A stretch of DNA of 64,000 bases from an uncultured delta proteobacterium (GCA_963794325.1 CAWCDG010000004.1:741345-805344), one strand, 5' to 3'; positions 1 through 10,367 are shown, numbered from the stretch's first letter. Notes: generated from the sequence alone by a model not told the origin. Translations and numbers: made by a program.

Positions 1-1
1 C

Positions 2-952
2 CTTGAAGGGCACGTCACGCGCGGCACACTCGAGCTGCTTTCACGCGGCGACGAACTCGCGTCGCGCTTAGGCGGCGCGCTGGTCGCAATCGGCATCGAC
101 AACACTGTCTCGCGGCACTCAGGATTGCTCGCGAGTTTCGGCGCCGACCAGGTGATAACGATCGATAATCCTGCGCTGAGTTCGTACGCGCCGGAAACTG
201 CGGCGGAGGCTGTCGCGAAAATCGTTTCGACCCACGCGCCGTGGGGGATTTTGATTGGCGCGACCGAGCGCGGGCGCGATTGGGGACCTCGGCTGGCCGC
301 GCGGCTGAATCTCGGACTGACCGGAGATGCGATCGATATCGAGCTCGACTCGGAGAATCGGATGGTCGCGCTCAAGCCCGCCTTCGGCGGCAACATCGTC
401 GCGCCGATTTACTCGAAGACGTTTCCGCAGATGGCGACAGTGCGCCCCGGCGTGCTCGAGCTCGCGCGCGCCGTCGGAAGCCAAGCGGGCAGAAGTTCAG
501 ACGATGCGCGTCGAGATTGACTCGCCGAAAAGCCGGCTCATAAAAGCGCACTCGACTCTCGATCCGACCATTGTCCCACTCGAAGGCGCCGAAGTTGTCG
601 TCGGTATCGGCACTGGAGTCGGCGGGCCCGAAGGCGTCGCGAGAGTCGCCGCGTTCGCGCGCGTGCTCGGCGCAGCGATGTGCGCGACTCGCCGCGTGAC
701 CGATCAAGGATGGGTGCCGCGCCAGTTGCAGGTCGGGCTTACCGGTAAGTCGATCGATCCGCGATTGTATATTGCGGTTGGAGTGCGCGGCGCGCCCAAC
801 CATACCTGCGGACTGAAACGCGCACTGACCGTCGTCGCCATCAACAACGACACCGACGCGCTAATCTTCGAGCGCGCGAATATTGGCCTGGTCGCTGATT
901 GGCAGAGCATCCTGCCTGCCCTGCAGGACGCCTTCCAGCGGCGGCTGCGTGA
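2..952 (+). pseudogene. Electron transfer flavoprotein alpha subunit (EtfA/FixB-like), cut by the window edge and frame-disrupted
   Basis: From nt 2 the frame reads LEGHVTRGTLELLSRGDELASRLGG...LKPAFGGNIVAPIYSKTFPQMATVRPGV (EtfA N-terminal domain) and stops at TGA 518-520. The FAD-binding half (PLEGAEVVVGIGTGVGG...RRVTDQGWVPRQLQVGLTGKSIDPRLYIAVGVRGAPNHTCGLK...VVAINND) continues in the +1 frame from about nt 480. The junction lies at or just after a (CG)4 run at 463-470. The second frame has no stop until 1809-1811. A TGA at 950-952 exists only in the original frame. Confidence 0.6.
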
Positions 953-976
953 GACGCGAGCATGCGAGGGAATCTC

Positions 977-2080
977 TCAGGAGGGGGACAATCGAGATTC
1001 TATGCGCGGATTTCGTAGAGCGCCGAAAAAAGATCCTCGATCGGCAAGCCGACGAAAATGCTTGAAACCCGCGCCCGCGACCAGCTCGCGCGCCTTCGCC
1101 TCGCCCATGCATGCGCCGATTCCCGCGCCGCCGTGCGCGAGCGACACCGTCATGCAGTACAGCGTGCTCATCGAGTACATCATGCGGCCCATCGGGTTGA
1201 TGTTGTCCTCGAGCTTCGACGAGACGTTCACCTCGACCATCAGGTACGTGCCGTCGGGCTTGAGCGCGGTGCGAATCGATTTCAGCAGCGCGTCGGGATC
1301 GACGGAATCGTGCACCACGTCGAAGGTCGAGATGAAATCAAACTGCGCAGCCGGCAGCCGGGTGCAATCAACGACCTCAAATTTGATCCGATCGCCGAGC
1401 CCGGCGGCCTGCGCATTTGCCCGCGCGCGCTCGAGCGATCCCTCATGCGCGTCGAAGCCGAAAACTTTCGCCTTGGGAAATGCCGACGCGATCGCGATCG
1501 CCGCTCGTCCGCTCCCACAGCCAACGTCCAGCGACGAGCCACCTTCAGTGAGCTTCGCGACGAGCTGCGGCATCGCGGGCAGCCACTTGCGAATCAACGA
1601 ATGCCGGTACATCGAGGCTGACGAACGCTCCATCGCCTCCCACGTCTCCGGCGGATACTCGCTTTGCGAAACGCCGCGCCCGTTCTTGAATGACTCGAGC
1701 ACCTTGGGCGCGATCGACATCTGCGGAACGATCATTTCGATGAACCCGCCGGCGAAGAATGGCGAGTCATCGCGCGCCAGCACCATCGCGTGCTCAGCCG
1801 GCATCGCGTAGGTCTTTGCCGCGGCGTCGTAGTTCACGTATCCGGCCGCCGTCATCGCGCCGAGCCATTCGCGCAGGTAGCGCTCGCTCAGTCCGGTTTT
1901 TTCCGCGAGTTGCGCGCTCGTGACGGCGCCCGCTCCGGCCAGCGCGCTGAAGATTCCGAGCCGGTCGCCGATATAACTCAGCGCACCAAGCATCGCGGCC
2001 CCGATGTCATTCGATACCTGCTTCGAGAACTTTTTTATCTTGTCCCAGTCGAGCTGCTGCTTTTCGTTTTCGTGGGCCAT
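977..2080 (-). CDS. Class I SAM-dependent methyltransferase with an N-terminal winged-helix-like domain (Rv2258c-type architecture)
   Basis: Motif I is LDVGCGSG, followed by VFGFD and FDFISTFDVVHD. ATG 2080 has GGAGGA 5-6 nt upstream. The track start at 2113 is an in-frame upstream alternative. Confidence 0.75.
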   Translation of the reverse strand: MAHENEKQQLDWDKIKKFSKQVSNDIGAAMLGALSYIGDRLGIFSALAGAGAVTSAQLAEKTGLSERYLREWLGAMTAAGYVNYDAAAKTYAMPAEHAMVLARDDSPFFAGGFIEMIVPQMSIAPKVLESFKNGRGVSQSEYPPETWEAMERSSASMYRHSLIRKWLPAMPQLVAKLTEGGSSLDVGCGSGRAAIAIASAFPKAKVFGFDAHEGSLERARANAQAAGLGDRIKFEVVDCTRLPAAQFDFISTFDVVHDSVDPDALLKSIRTALKPDGTYLMVEVNVSSKLEDNINPMGRMMYSMSTLYCMTVSLAHGGAGIGACMGEAKARELVAGAGFKHFRRLADRGSFFGALRNPRIESRLSPS

Positions 2081-2128
2081 CTGATTCCTCCGCAGACCGG
2101 CAGTATCGATCAATTCAAGCCTCGGCGG

Positions 2129-4519
2129 CTAGACCTCGGGCTCGATAGTTGGTTCTTCGGGTTTCGCCGGCTGCGCGCCGAACAAGGATAGCTGAGCGGG
2201 ATTCTCATTTGTCTCGACGACTGGAACGAACAGGCCAGGCTTCTCGACAAAGATACGAAATTTTTCGTAAAGGTCGGCGAGCTTGTACTGATAGTACTCG
2301 ACGTTTTCGTCGGGATTCTGCGGATCGTATTCCGCCGCCATTTTGGCAAGCGCGTTCACGCTCGACGTCGCGCGACGCCCGGTGACGTAATACGAAATCT
2401 GGTCGCCGGGCAGGTACGGCCGCTCGGCCTTGAGCGCCAACTCGTACGCAGCCGCGAGGTTGCGGCTGTTGTCGCCGATCTTGCCGCGATAAGTGTCGAG
2501 CGAATCCTGCAGCGTCTCGGTTTTCATCAGATCGGAGATTCCGATTTCGTGGCGCGCGAGCCGCGTTTGATATTCGTCAAGAAGTTTCGGAATCTCGTCG
2601 CGCCGTTCCTCGAGCAGCATCCGGAACATCTGCTCCATGAAGCGGCGCTGGAAGCGTTCGAGTCCGCGCGAGCGCAGGCCTGAGCCGCGAATCGTCATCT
2701 TTCCCGCGCCATCCTGCAGGACGTAATTTTTCATTTTGTAGGAGAACATCGCCGCGTAACGGCCGTCTATCTCCAGCCGGATTCCTTCCGGCATGATTGC
2801 GCCGACCTGCTCCAGGAGCCGTTCTGCGCTCTTCTCATCGGAAGCATTTGCGGGCGGCACGAAGTAGATTCCGTCGGTATCGACTTCGATAACCTGCGCG
2901 CCGCGCTCCTCGAGTTCCGCGACCGCGCGCTGAATCAGATCGCGTCCACGCTTGGTCAGAGCGTTGGCTTCGCCGAAGTCATTAAAATGTCCGAGCGAAA
3001 ATCCGAGGTAGCCGTAGAACGAATTGATGAGAATCTTGAACGTTAGCTGAAGCGCGTCGGCGTTGCGGCGCTCGGTGCCCGAGAGCTCGCGCGCGAGCGC
3101 CTTGGCCTGCACGCGGAAGCTGCGCAGATCGCCGAGCAGTTTCAGGAACACGCCGAGATGATCGGCAGCCGGCGCATGCCGATATTGCAGCATCAACGAC
3201 GGATACAGCGAGGTCACGTCGCAGTGCAGGACATTGTGCGCGACGCCGCATCGGCGAACCTCGGTGTATCCGCCGGCGACCGGCGCCGGCTCGGACGGCT
3301 CGGGAATTGAATGTCCCGCGGCCAGGTACGCACGCATCATCAGCGCGTTGATCTTGGTCGCATTCCCGCGCAACACCGCACTCTGATACGAGTACGGAAA
3401 AATCTGCGCCTGCACGAAGTAACTGGGAGAGAGTGTCTCGGCGAGCGCACGAGTCTCGCGCGCATCGTCGAGCGCGTATTCGTAGAGCTTCTCGGGCTCG
3501 TGCTCGAAGTAGTGGCTGATTTTCGACGCGTCGATGTAAACGCGATCTTTGCGCGCGAGTCCAAAGTGTTGCGCGAGCTGCTTTAACCCCAAGCTTTCGA
3601 GTTCGCGGCTCGAGATGTCGTAGTGCTGCGCGAGAATCCACGTATCTATGATGTTGCGGCCCGGGATGTCGTAACGGCGATAGGCGATCGAGCGTTCCGC
3701 AATTTGCATCCGCGATGGACGCGCGCGAAGTTCGCCGCCGTCACGCCCCAGCTTCAGCGGCACTCGATGGCGTCGCGCGCGAGTCTCCAGGTATTCGAGA
3801 TCGAAGCGAAACAGGTTGTGCCCCTCGACCACATCGGGATCGCGCTCCTGGATGACGCGCACCATCTCCTCGAGCATCGCCCGCTCGTCCATCTCGGTGC
3901 CCTTGAGCAGGCGCTCGAAACCAGTCGAGTCGGTCAGTGAGATCGCGATGACCCGATCGCCCTCGCGCGCCGCCGACGGAAATTCAAAACCCGGTGAGAT
4001 GTAGGTCTCGATATCAAGCTGCAGCCGGCGCAACTCGGCGAAATCCATCCCGATGAAAAACGTCGTCCCTGACAGCATCAGGTGCTGCTCGACCGGATCC
4101 GCGAGCACCAGATATGGCGCGTCGGGCGCGTTGGGCGGTTTGTTGGTGACGTTCCTGAGATGGCGCTTACTGGCTTCCAGAGCCTCGATCGAGGCGAAGG
4201 TGACAAGAATCCTGTAGCGGAAATCGCCTTCGAGCACGCGCGTCTCATGCGGCGCTTTGAAGCCTTCGAGCAGCGCAACGTTCTCCACCAGCGCGAACAA
4301 TCGAATCGGACGGCGCTCGCGTGTCAGCTTGCCAACGAGTCGCTTGTACACGTCGATTTCGGTCTTCGATGCCACCTCGACCGCGACCACGCCCCGGTCG
4401 GCTGGATCGCCGAACAGCAAGCGGTTGCTGTAAAACTGCGCCGAAATTTCCTGGTATGTTTTCGTTGTCATCGCGATCCGCGTCTCTCGATTGTGCACCA
4501 GCGCACTCGCCTCAGACAA
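2129..4519 (-). CDS. polB: Family B DNA polymerase (Pol II-like) with intact 3'-5' exonuclease motifs
   Basis: ExoI is LQLDIETY, ExoII is GHNLFRFDLEYL and ExoIII is YALDDARE. Polymerase motif A is DVTSLYPSLM, motif B is KILINSFYGYLG and motif C is VIEVDTDGIYF. A C-terminal clamp-binding QLSLF lies at nt 2180-2194. The start is ambiguous (TTG 4519 or ATG 4471). Confidence 0.85.
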   Translation of the reverse strand: MSEASALVHNRETRIAMTTKTYQEISAQFYSNRLLFGDPADRGVVAVEVASKTEIDVYKRLVGKLTRERRPIRLFALVENVALLEGFKAPHETRVLEGDFRYRILVTFASIEALEASKRHLRNVTNKPPNAPDAPYLVLADPVEQHLMLSGTTFFIGMDFAELRRLQLDIETYISPGFEFPSAAREGDRVIAISLTDSTGFERLLKGTEMDERAMLEEMVRVIQERDPDVVEGHNLFRFDLEYLETRARRHRVPLKLGRDGGELRARPSRMQIAERSIAYRRYDIPGRNIIDTWILAQHYDISSRELESLGLKQLAQHFGLARKDRVYIDASKISHYFEHEPEKLYEYALDDARETRALAETLSPSYFVQAQIFPYSYQSAVLRGNATKINALMMRAYLAAGHSIPEPSEPAPVAGGYTEVRRCGVAHNVLHCDVTSLYPSLMLQYRHAPAADHLGVFLKLLGDLRSFRVQAKALARELSGTERRNADALQLTFKILINSFYGYLGFSLGHFNDFGEANALTKRGRDLIQRAVAELEERGAQVIEVDTDGIYFVPPANASDEKSAERLLEQVGAIMPEGIRLEIDGRYAAMFSYKMKNYVLQDGAGKMTIRGSGLRSRGLERFQRRFMEQMFRMLLEERRDEIPKLLDEYQTRLARHEIGISDLMKTETLQDSLDTYRGKIGDNSRNLAAAYELALKAERPYLPGDQISYYVTGRRATSSVNALAKMAAEYDPQNPDENVEYYQYKLADLYEKFRIFVEKPGLFVPVVETNENPAQLSLFGAQPAKPEEPTIEPEV

Positions 4520-4540
4520 CGCGTCCGCGCGAACAAGATT

Positions 4541-5560
4541 TCAGAACGCGCCGAGGTATCCGAGACCAATCAGAAAAATCGCGTACGCTGCTCCGCCGAT
4601 CATCAGCGTCGGAGTTCGGAGCTCAGCGTCGCGCAGGTTGATATACAGAATCACCACTGATACCAGCGCGATCGATCCCGCGAGCAGCTCCGGATTCGTC
4701 AGATGCCACGGCGAATACGCGAGCCCGAGCGCAACCGGGATGCACGACTGGAAGACCATCGCGCCCGTGATATTGGCGAGCGCGAGGTGGTCCTTGCCCT
4801 GCCGAATCCAGACAACAGAGTTGTACTTCTCGGGCAGTTCGGTCGCGAGCGGGCTCAAGATGAGCGAGAGCACGCCGGGATTCAGATGCGCATGCGCCGA
4901 GAACAGAATGATCTGATCGACGAACTCGACGGCTCCTAGCAGGATCGCGAGCACGCCCACGGTTACTTGCGCGGCGATCGCAAATCCGCGCGGCTCGAGC
5001 GGATCGCCGCGGAAGATCGACTCGAAATAAAGTCCGTGCTCGAGCTCAACCCCGGCCGCGCGCTTGAGCCTCAGCATCACGACCGAATAGCTCGCGTACA
5101 CGATCAACAACGCTACCGCGAGCACATGGCGAACGACCGGTCCCAGGTCGAGGGTGCCTGCGATCACCAGGCACAAAAAAACCGGAAAGAAAAATGCGAG
5201 GTCCCTGCGCGCGTCCTCCCGCACCACTCGCAGCACGATTCGTCCGCGACGTTTGCGAAACGCGATCGCCGCCGTGCCCATCACAAACAGTGCGATGGTG
5301 GACAGCATCAGCGGTGCGCCGACTATCGCGCCGAGTCCGACTGCGGTGTGCGCGGCGGCGGAATCGCGCCCGCTCAGTAGCGCGACGGCCGGAACGAACG
5401 TCTCGGGCAGCGCGGTTCCGACTGCGGCGAGCAAACTCCCGACGGCGGCCTCGGCGATATGCAATCGATGCCCGGCCCATTCGACGCCGTTGGTAAAAAG
5501 TTCCGAGCCTACAAGAATTATCCCGAAGCTGAAGGCTAGGATTATTGCGTGGATTGCCAA
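4541..5560 (-). CDS. CaCA-family sodium/calcium exchanger membrane protein (YrbG-like)
   Basis: The 339-aa protein is polytopic and hydrophobic. It has two alpha-repeat-like segments, AVGTALPETFV and ANITGAMVFQSCIPVALG. The start is TTG, so it is uncertain. Confidence 0.6.
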   Translation of the reverse strand: MAIHAIILAFSFGIILVGSELFTNGVEWAGHRLHIAEAAVGSLLAAVGTALPETFVPAVALLSGRDSAAAHTAVGLGAIVGAPLMLSTIALFVMGTAAIAFRKRRGRIVLRVVREDARRDLAFFFPVFLCLVIAGTLDLGPVVRHVLAVALLIVYASYSVVMLRLKRAAGVELEHGLYFESIFRGDPLEPRGFAIAAQVTVGVLAILLGAVEFVDQIILFSAHAHLNPGVLSLILSPLATELPEKYNSVVWIRQGKDHLALANITGAMVFQSCIPVALGLAYSPWHLTNPELLAGSIALVSVVILYINLRDAELRTPTLMIGGAAYAIFLIGLGYLGAF

Positions 5561-5770
5561 AATTCTGCTCGGGAGCCTGAGCGAGGAGGATAGAGAGGCT
5601 CAATCGCGATTTCCAGTGCGTGCCCTTTTCGCGAACTGATTCTCAGGAAAATTCCATTCACGATGCAGCCAAACCGGCGATCGATGCGTATATTTATCGT
5701 AGCGGCTGCGGGAGACTCGTGATTCGCCCGATGATCGCGTGCGAATCATAGTGCGATGATAGATATTTAG

Positions 5771-5799
5771 TTGACTCGGATGGCGGCGATCTTTAGATT
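5771..5799 (+). promoter_or_regulatory. Sigma70-type promoter candidate upstream of rpoD (TTGACT-N17-TAGATT)
   Basis: TTGACT lies at 5771-5776 and TAGATT at 5794-5799, with a 17-nt spacer. It sits in an AT-rich intergenic region about 155 nt upstream of ATG 5955. Confidence 0.4.
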
Positions 5800-5954
5800 G
5801 AAATGTTGGTGTCGCTTGCTTGCCTTTGTATTCTCGTCTGTATAAATGAGGCTACCTGACTCCCGGCTCGCGGTCGTAACAACGGCCGAATTGCGCGCCG
5901 AGTTTTCACTATCGCATCGGCGGCTAACGTCCGCGCATAACGGAAGCAAAACGA

Positions 5955-7718
5955 ATGAAGCAGAAGTACGAAGGTAAAGACCTACAGGGCCTCGTCGATC
6001 TCGGACGCGAGCAAGGTTACCTCACCTTCGAGCAGGTAAACGACTTCCTGCCTCAGGATGTCGCGTCGCCCACCGACCTGCGCGCCGCCCTCGACAGCTT
6101 CGAGGACTTGGACATCAAGGTGCTCGAGGAAGTTCCGACCGAAGGCGCCGACGAAGTCGAGGTCGAGACCAAGGAAGAGGCCGAAGAAGCGCCCGAGGCC
6201 CCGGCGCCCGCCGCTGATTCGCTCGGCGAGTCGTCCGACCCGGTTCGCCTTTACCTGAAAGAGATGGGCAACTTCCAGCTTCTCTCGCGGGAGCAGGAAG
6301 TCGAAATTGCCAAACGCATCGAGGCCGGCGAGAACGAAGTCGAAGAAGAAGTGCTCGGCTCGCCGATCATGCTCGATTTCGTGATTCGGGTGGGCGAGCG
6401 CGTCGAGGCGGGTGAAGCCGATCTGCGCGACGTCTTCGAGGACGCTGCCGAAGTGCCTGACGATCCCGACGAAGAGCGCGGACCCGAAGCCGACGAGCGT
6501 CAGCTCAAGAAGCTGAGCCTCGCGACCAAAAAGCTGACCGACCTGCGCACCAAGATCGAGGCAATCGAGGAAGAACTTCGCAACAAGCCCGGTCCGCGCC
6601 GCAAGCCCAAGCTCGACAAGGATTTGGAGCGCTACAACGAGCGCGTGAAAAAAGAATTGCGCACGATGGGATTGTCGCGCCGCTTGATGGAAGCCGTGAT
6701 CGGCGAGATGCGCGACTTCCTGCAGCAGTACCGCATCGCGCAACACACCATTGCCAAATACGAAGAGGCGACCGGCCGCTCGCGCACCCATCTGCTCAAG
6801 GAAGCCGCCGAGGCTGAAGATCGCCGCCACGTTCTCAAGATCAATGACGTTCGCGAAAACCTGCTCGACATCGCGGCACGGATTCGCCTCGCGCAGAAGA
6901 CGATTCGCGAAGTCGAAAAAAAGGCCAAGGACGACGGCGAAGACTACGCGCGCAAGCTCGAGACCATCGCCGCCGGACAGGACAAGAGCCGCCGCGCCAA
7001 GAAGGAACTGACCGAAGCCAACCTCCGCCTCGTCGTCAGCCTTGCCAAACGCTACACCAATCGCGGCCTCGGCTTCCTCGACCTGATCCAGGAAGGCAAC
7101 ATCGGCCTGATGCGCGCGGTCGACAAGTTCGAATATCAGCGCGGCTATAAATTTTCGACGTACGCGACCTGGTGGATTCGCCAATCGATGTCGCGTGCGA
7201 TCGCCGACCAGGGCCGCACCATTCGTATCCCCGTGCACATGGTCGAGACCATCAACAAGCTGCTGCGCGTGACGCGCCTGCTCGTGCAGCGCCTCGGTCG
7301 CGAGCCCGGCCCCGAGGAAATCGCGGAGCAAATGGAGATGCCGCTGGACAAGGTCCAGAAGGTGCTGAAGATCGTCAAGGAACCGATTTCGCTGGAAACG
7401 CCAATCGGCGACGAAGAAGAAAGTTCGCTCGGCGATTTCGTCGAGGACGAGCTCGCGCCGTCGCCGGTCGAGGCGGCAATCCAGGGCAACCTCGGCGAGC
7501 AGACGCGCAAGGTCCTCGCGACGCTGACTCCGCGCGAGGAGCAGATTCTGCGCATGCGCTTCGGCATCGGCCAGAAGACCGACTACACCCTCGAGGAAGT
7601 CGGCAAACAATTCGCCGTCACCCGCGAGCGCATCCGCCAAATCGAGGCCAAAGCGCTGCGCAAACTCCGCCAGACTGGCAGATCCCGCACCCTCGAAGGC
7701 TTCCAGGAACGCGAGTAG
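5955..7718 (+). CDS. rpoD: RNA polymerase primary sigma factor RpoD
   Basis: The N-terminus is acidic (region 1.1). Region 2 reads [35 protein letters not shown], region 3 reads [14 protein letters not shown], and region 4.2 reads [28 protein letters not shown]. Confidence 0.97.
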   Translation: MKQKYEGKDLQGLVDLGREQGYLTFEQVNDFLPQDVASPTDLRAALDSFEDLDIKVLEEVPTEGADEVEVETKEEAEEAPEAPAPAADSLGESSDPVRLYLKEMGNFQLLSREQEVEIAKRIEAGENEVEEEVLGSPIMLDFVIRVGERVEAGEADLRDVFEDAAEVPDDPDEERGPEADERQLKKLSLATKKLTDLRTKIEAIEEELRNKPGPRRKPKLDKDLERYNERVKKELRTMGLSRRLMEAVIGEMRDFLQQYRIAQHTIAKYEEATGRSRTHLLKEAAEAEDRRHVLKINDVRENLLDIAARIRLAQKTIREVEKKAKDDGEDYARKLETIAAGQDKSRRAKKELTEANLRLVVSLAKRYTNRGLGFLDLIQEGNIGLMRAVDKFEYQRGYKFSTYATWWIRQSMSRAIADQGRTIRIPVHMVETINKLLRVTRLLVQRLGREPGPEEIAEQMEMPLDKVQKVLKIVKEPISLETPIGDEEESSLGDFVEDELAPSPVEAAIQGNLGEQTRKVLATLTPREEQILRMRFGIGQKTDYTLEEVGKQFAVTRERIRQIEAKALRKLRQTGRSRTLEGFQERE

Positions 7719-7740
7719 CCCGGCTTTCCGATCGCGCCTG

Positions 7741-7910
7741 AGAACCTAACCCCCAACCCCTTCCCATAGTGGGAAGGGGAACCGGATTTAGGAAGAACCC
7801 CTTCCCGAGCGGGAAGGGGAACCGGAAATAAAGGAGAGACTTCCCGATCGGGAGGCCCGTTCTTTCTTATTCCCCTTCCCACTATGGGAAGGGGTTAGGG
7901 GTTAGGTTCT
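7741..7910. repeat. MITE-like palindromic element with terminal inverted repeats of about 38 bp
   Basis: The left arm is agaacctaacccccaaccccttcccatagtgggaagggga (7741-7780). The right arm is tccccttcccactatgggaaggggttaggggttaggttct (7871-7910). Internal hairpins include ccccttcccgagcgggaagggg. The element fills the rpoD-sulfatase spacer. Confidence 0.7.
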
Positions 7911-7938
7911 TGAATCTCTTGTGCTACGAATTCCCTCG

Positions 7939-9324
7939 ATGCCCGCCCGCCCCAACATCATCCTCATCCTCGCCGACGACATGGGTTACGGCGACTTCGG
8001 ATGCTTCAACTACGGCGCGTCGCGCACCCCCACTCTCGATCATCTCGTCAATGAAGGACTCTGCCTGACGCAGCACTATTCGGCGTCTCCCGTATGCGCA
8101 CCAGCGCGAGCCTCGCTCATGACGGGCCGCTATCCACATCGCACCGGCGTCATCGACACCCTCGAAACGCGCGGCCTCGATCGCCTTGCGCTGCGTGAAT
8201 TAACCGTCGCCGAACTCCTGAAACGCGCAGGCTACACCACCGGCCTCGTCGGCAAATGGCACAACGGCGCGTACGATCCGCGCTACCATCCGAACCGTCG
8301 AGGCTTCGACGAGTTCGCCGGTTTTTCCGGCGGATGGCAGCCCTACTACCAGTGGAATCTCGATCGCAACGGCTCGATCTCGCGCGCCGACGGCCGCTAC
8401 TTGACCGACGTCTTCACTGCCGAGGCGATCGATTTCATCAGTCGCCATCGCACTGATCCATTCTTCCTGCACCTCGCGTACAACGCGCCGCATTTTCCTT
8501 TCGAAGCGCCGGAGGCCGACGCCGCGCCGTACAAAGCCAGCGGCAACTTCACGCCCGCGGTCAGCCAAATCTACGCGATGATCGAATGTATGGATCGCGG
8601 AATCGCGCGCGTGCTCGACACGCTCGATCGATCGGGACTCACCGACAACACTATCGTGATGTTCTCGAGCGACAATGGGCCGCAGTTCGGCGGCAAGGGC
8701 GAGATGTGCACCGACCGCTTCAACTGCGGTTTTGCGGGCTCGAAGTTGCTCGTGTACGAAGGCGGAATCCGCTTGCCGATGGTGATCCGATGGCCCGCGG
8801 GACTCGACGGCCACCGCCAGGTCCACGACATGATTCATTTCACCGACTGGCTGCCGACGCTCCTCGCAATCGCCGGCGCCGAGCCGCCGCGCGACCTCAA
8901 GCTCGACGGAATCAACGTGATGCCGACGCTACAAGGCGACCGCGGCAAGGTCCCGACCAAGCGTTTCTGGCAATGGAACCGCTACACGCCCGACGCCGAA
9001 TGCAACGCCGCGATGCGCGACGGCCGCTGGAAGCTGGTCCGCCCCGCGATCCGCGAGTTGATGCAGGTCTCGAACGAAGACCTCGCGATGGACGTGCAAT
9101 CGAAGTACAACCCCGAAAATTTCCACGACATCGCGCGCGGCCCCGAGCCGGAGCGTGTAAAATCCTTACCGCCCCCGGCGCAACTTTTCGATATCGTCAG
9201 CGATCCTTTCGAGCGGATCGATCTCGCCGCGAGCGAACCCGCCCGCGTATCGAAGATGACCAACGCGCTCGCGTCATGGTTCGATGACGTCGAGCAGGAC
9301 CGCCGCTCGATTCCGGCGGTTTGA
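7939..9324 (+). CDS. Arylsulfatase (formylglycine-dependent sulfatase family)
   Basis: The N-terminus reads PNIILILADDMGYGD. The sulfatase signature SPVCAPARASLMTGR fits C-x-P-x-R. Also present are GKWH and NAPHFPF. I take ATG 7939; the track start at 7921 is GTG. No signal peptide is visible. Confidence 0.85.
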   Translation: MPARPNIILILADDMGYGDFGCFNYGASRTPTLDHLVNEGLCLTQHYSASPVCAPARASLMTGRYPHRTGVIDTLETRGLDRLALRELTVAELLKRAGYTTGLVGKWHNGAYDPRYHPNRRGFDEFAGFSGGWQPYYQWNLDRNGSISRADGRYLTDVFTAEAIDFISRHRTDPFFLHLAYNAPHFPFEAPEADAAPYKASGNFTPAVSQIYAMIECMDRGIARVLDTLDRSGLTDNTIVMFSSDNGPQFGGKGEMCTDRFNCGFAGSKLLVYEGGIRLPMVIRWPAGLDGHRQVHDMIHFTDWLPTLLAIAGAEPPRDLKLDGINVMPTLQGDRGKVPTKRFWQWNRYTPDAECNAAMRDGRWKLVRPAIRELMQVSNEDLAMDVQSKYNPENFHDIARGPEPERVKSLPPPAQLFDIVSDPFERIDLAASEPARVSKMTNALASWFDDVEQDRRSIPAV

Positions 9325-9349
9325 TTTACGGCGTGAAGGCACTGCCGCC

Positions 9350-10312
9350 TTACGGAGAGTGGCCATCCTTCGTGCTCACGGTGACGCTGTTGCCGCCCAG
9401 AATGCTGGAGGCTTGCCCGCTCGCGGTATTGCTCTCGCCTCCGCTGACACTGGAGTCCGTGCCGCTCGCTGTGTTAGCGGCGCCGCCCTGAATGCTCGAC
9501 GCCAGAACGCTCGCCGTATTGCCCCCGCCACCGCTGACGCTCGCTGTTTGACCGCTTGCGGTGTTCGACAGGCCACCGCTGACGCTGGATGAACCACCGC
9601 TCGCCGCGTTGTGCGCGCCGCCGCTGACGCTCGCATCCTGGCTGCTCGCCGTGTTCGACTGGCCGCCGCTGACGCTCGAGCCTGCGCCATTAGACGCGTT
9701 TAGCTCGCCGCCGCTGACGCTATCGATACCCGCGTTGCCGTTGAAACAGTTCGACAGGCCCGCGGGAAATGCGGTCGCGCCGGCAGCATTGCAATCCCCG
9801 CCGGTAATGGTGGCCTCGTCAGAGCTGATGAAGTTCCCGAAGCCGAAGACCGCTCCGCCGCTGGCAGTGAACTCATGATCAGGGCCGACCACCAGATTGT
9901 GCGACCCGGTCCGATTGGGGTCGATGGTTGAAGCGCCGAGGCTATCTTCGTCGTAGCCGATAAACAGGTTTCCCAATCCGGTTGAGTCCGCCGTGGTGCC
10001 AGACCCGCTCTCAATATGGACATTGGCGCCGCTGATGACGATGTTCGGTCCCTTAACGCCGTTCTCAGCGCTCGCATCCACGCTGACAAAGGACCCGAGC
10101 GCCAGCGCATGATTGTTCTGCACCGCCGCCAGCGCCGTCTGCAGAGTTGCGACCTGCGCCTGCAGCGTCGTGATCAGCGCCAACAGACAGTTGCCTTTCG
10201 TGCTTCCGGGCTTGCAGGTCTTTGTCTTTGTCGCAACGTCCTGGGCCAAGGCCGGGGACGACAGGGCTATCGCGAGCAGGGTCAGCGCCAATAGGGATTT
10301 CAAGGTCTTCAT
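9350..10312 (-). CDS. Secreted repeat protein: signal peptide, Cys loop, short coiled coil and tandem 14-residue SGG-x-x-N-T-ASG repeats
   Basis: I take ATG 10312 (GGAGAA about 7 nt upstream). The longer track ORF runs into the neighbouring paralog in another frame. The protein starts MKTLKSLLALTLLAIALSSPALA/QD, then has CKPGSTKGNC and LITTLQAQVATLQTAL. C-terminal repeats read SSVSGGQSNTAS / ASVSGGAHNAAS / SSVSGGLSNTAS / ASVSGGGGNTAS / SSIQGGAANTAS / SSVSGGESNTAS. Confidence 0.7.
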   Translation of the reverse strand: MKTLKSLLALTLLAIALSSPALAQDVATKTKTCKPGSTKGNCLLALITTLQAQVATLQTALAAVQNNHALALGSFVSVDASAENGVKGPNIVISGANVHIESGSGTTADSTGLGNLFIGYDEDSLGASTIDPNRTGSHNLVVGPDHEFTASGGAVFGFGNFISSDEATITGGDCNAAGATAFPAGLSNCFNGNAGIDSVSGGELNASNGAGSSVSGGQSNTASSQDASVSGGAHNAASGGSSSVSGGLSNTASGQTASVSGGGGNTASVLASSIQGGAANTASGTDSSVSGGESNTASGQASSILGGNSVTVSTKDGHSP

Positions 10313-10367
10313 CAATTCGTTCTCCTCGTTATGCAGGCCGATTGGTGTTAGGGGACACTGTCTTTGA

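Noticed and set aside
5982-7640. A 552-aa ORF antisense to rpoD.
   Set aside because: It is a low-complexity Ala/Leu/Arg/Gly-rich translation on the opposite strand of an unambiguous rpoD gene. This is a typical high-GC antisense artefact.
7885-7910. Telomere-like (TTAGGGG)n motif (ggggttaggggttaggtt; also at 13759-13777 and 29878-29890).
   Set aside because: Only about two units are present each time, and they always form the terminal arm of a palindromic REP/MITE element inside a bacterial chromosome segment. There is no evidence of a replicon end.
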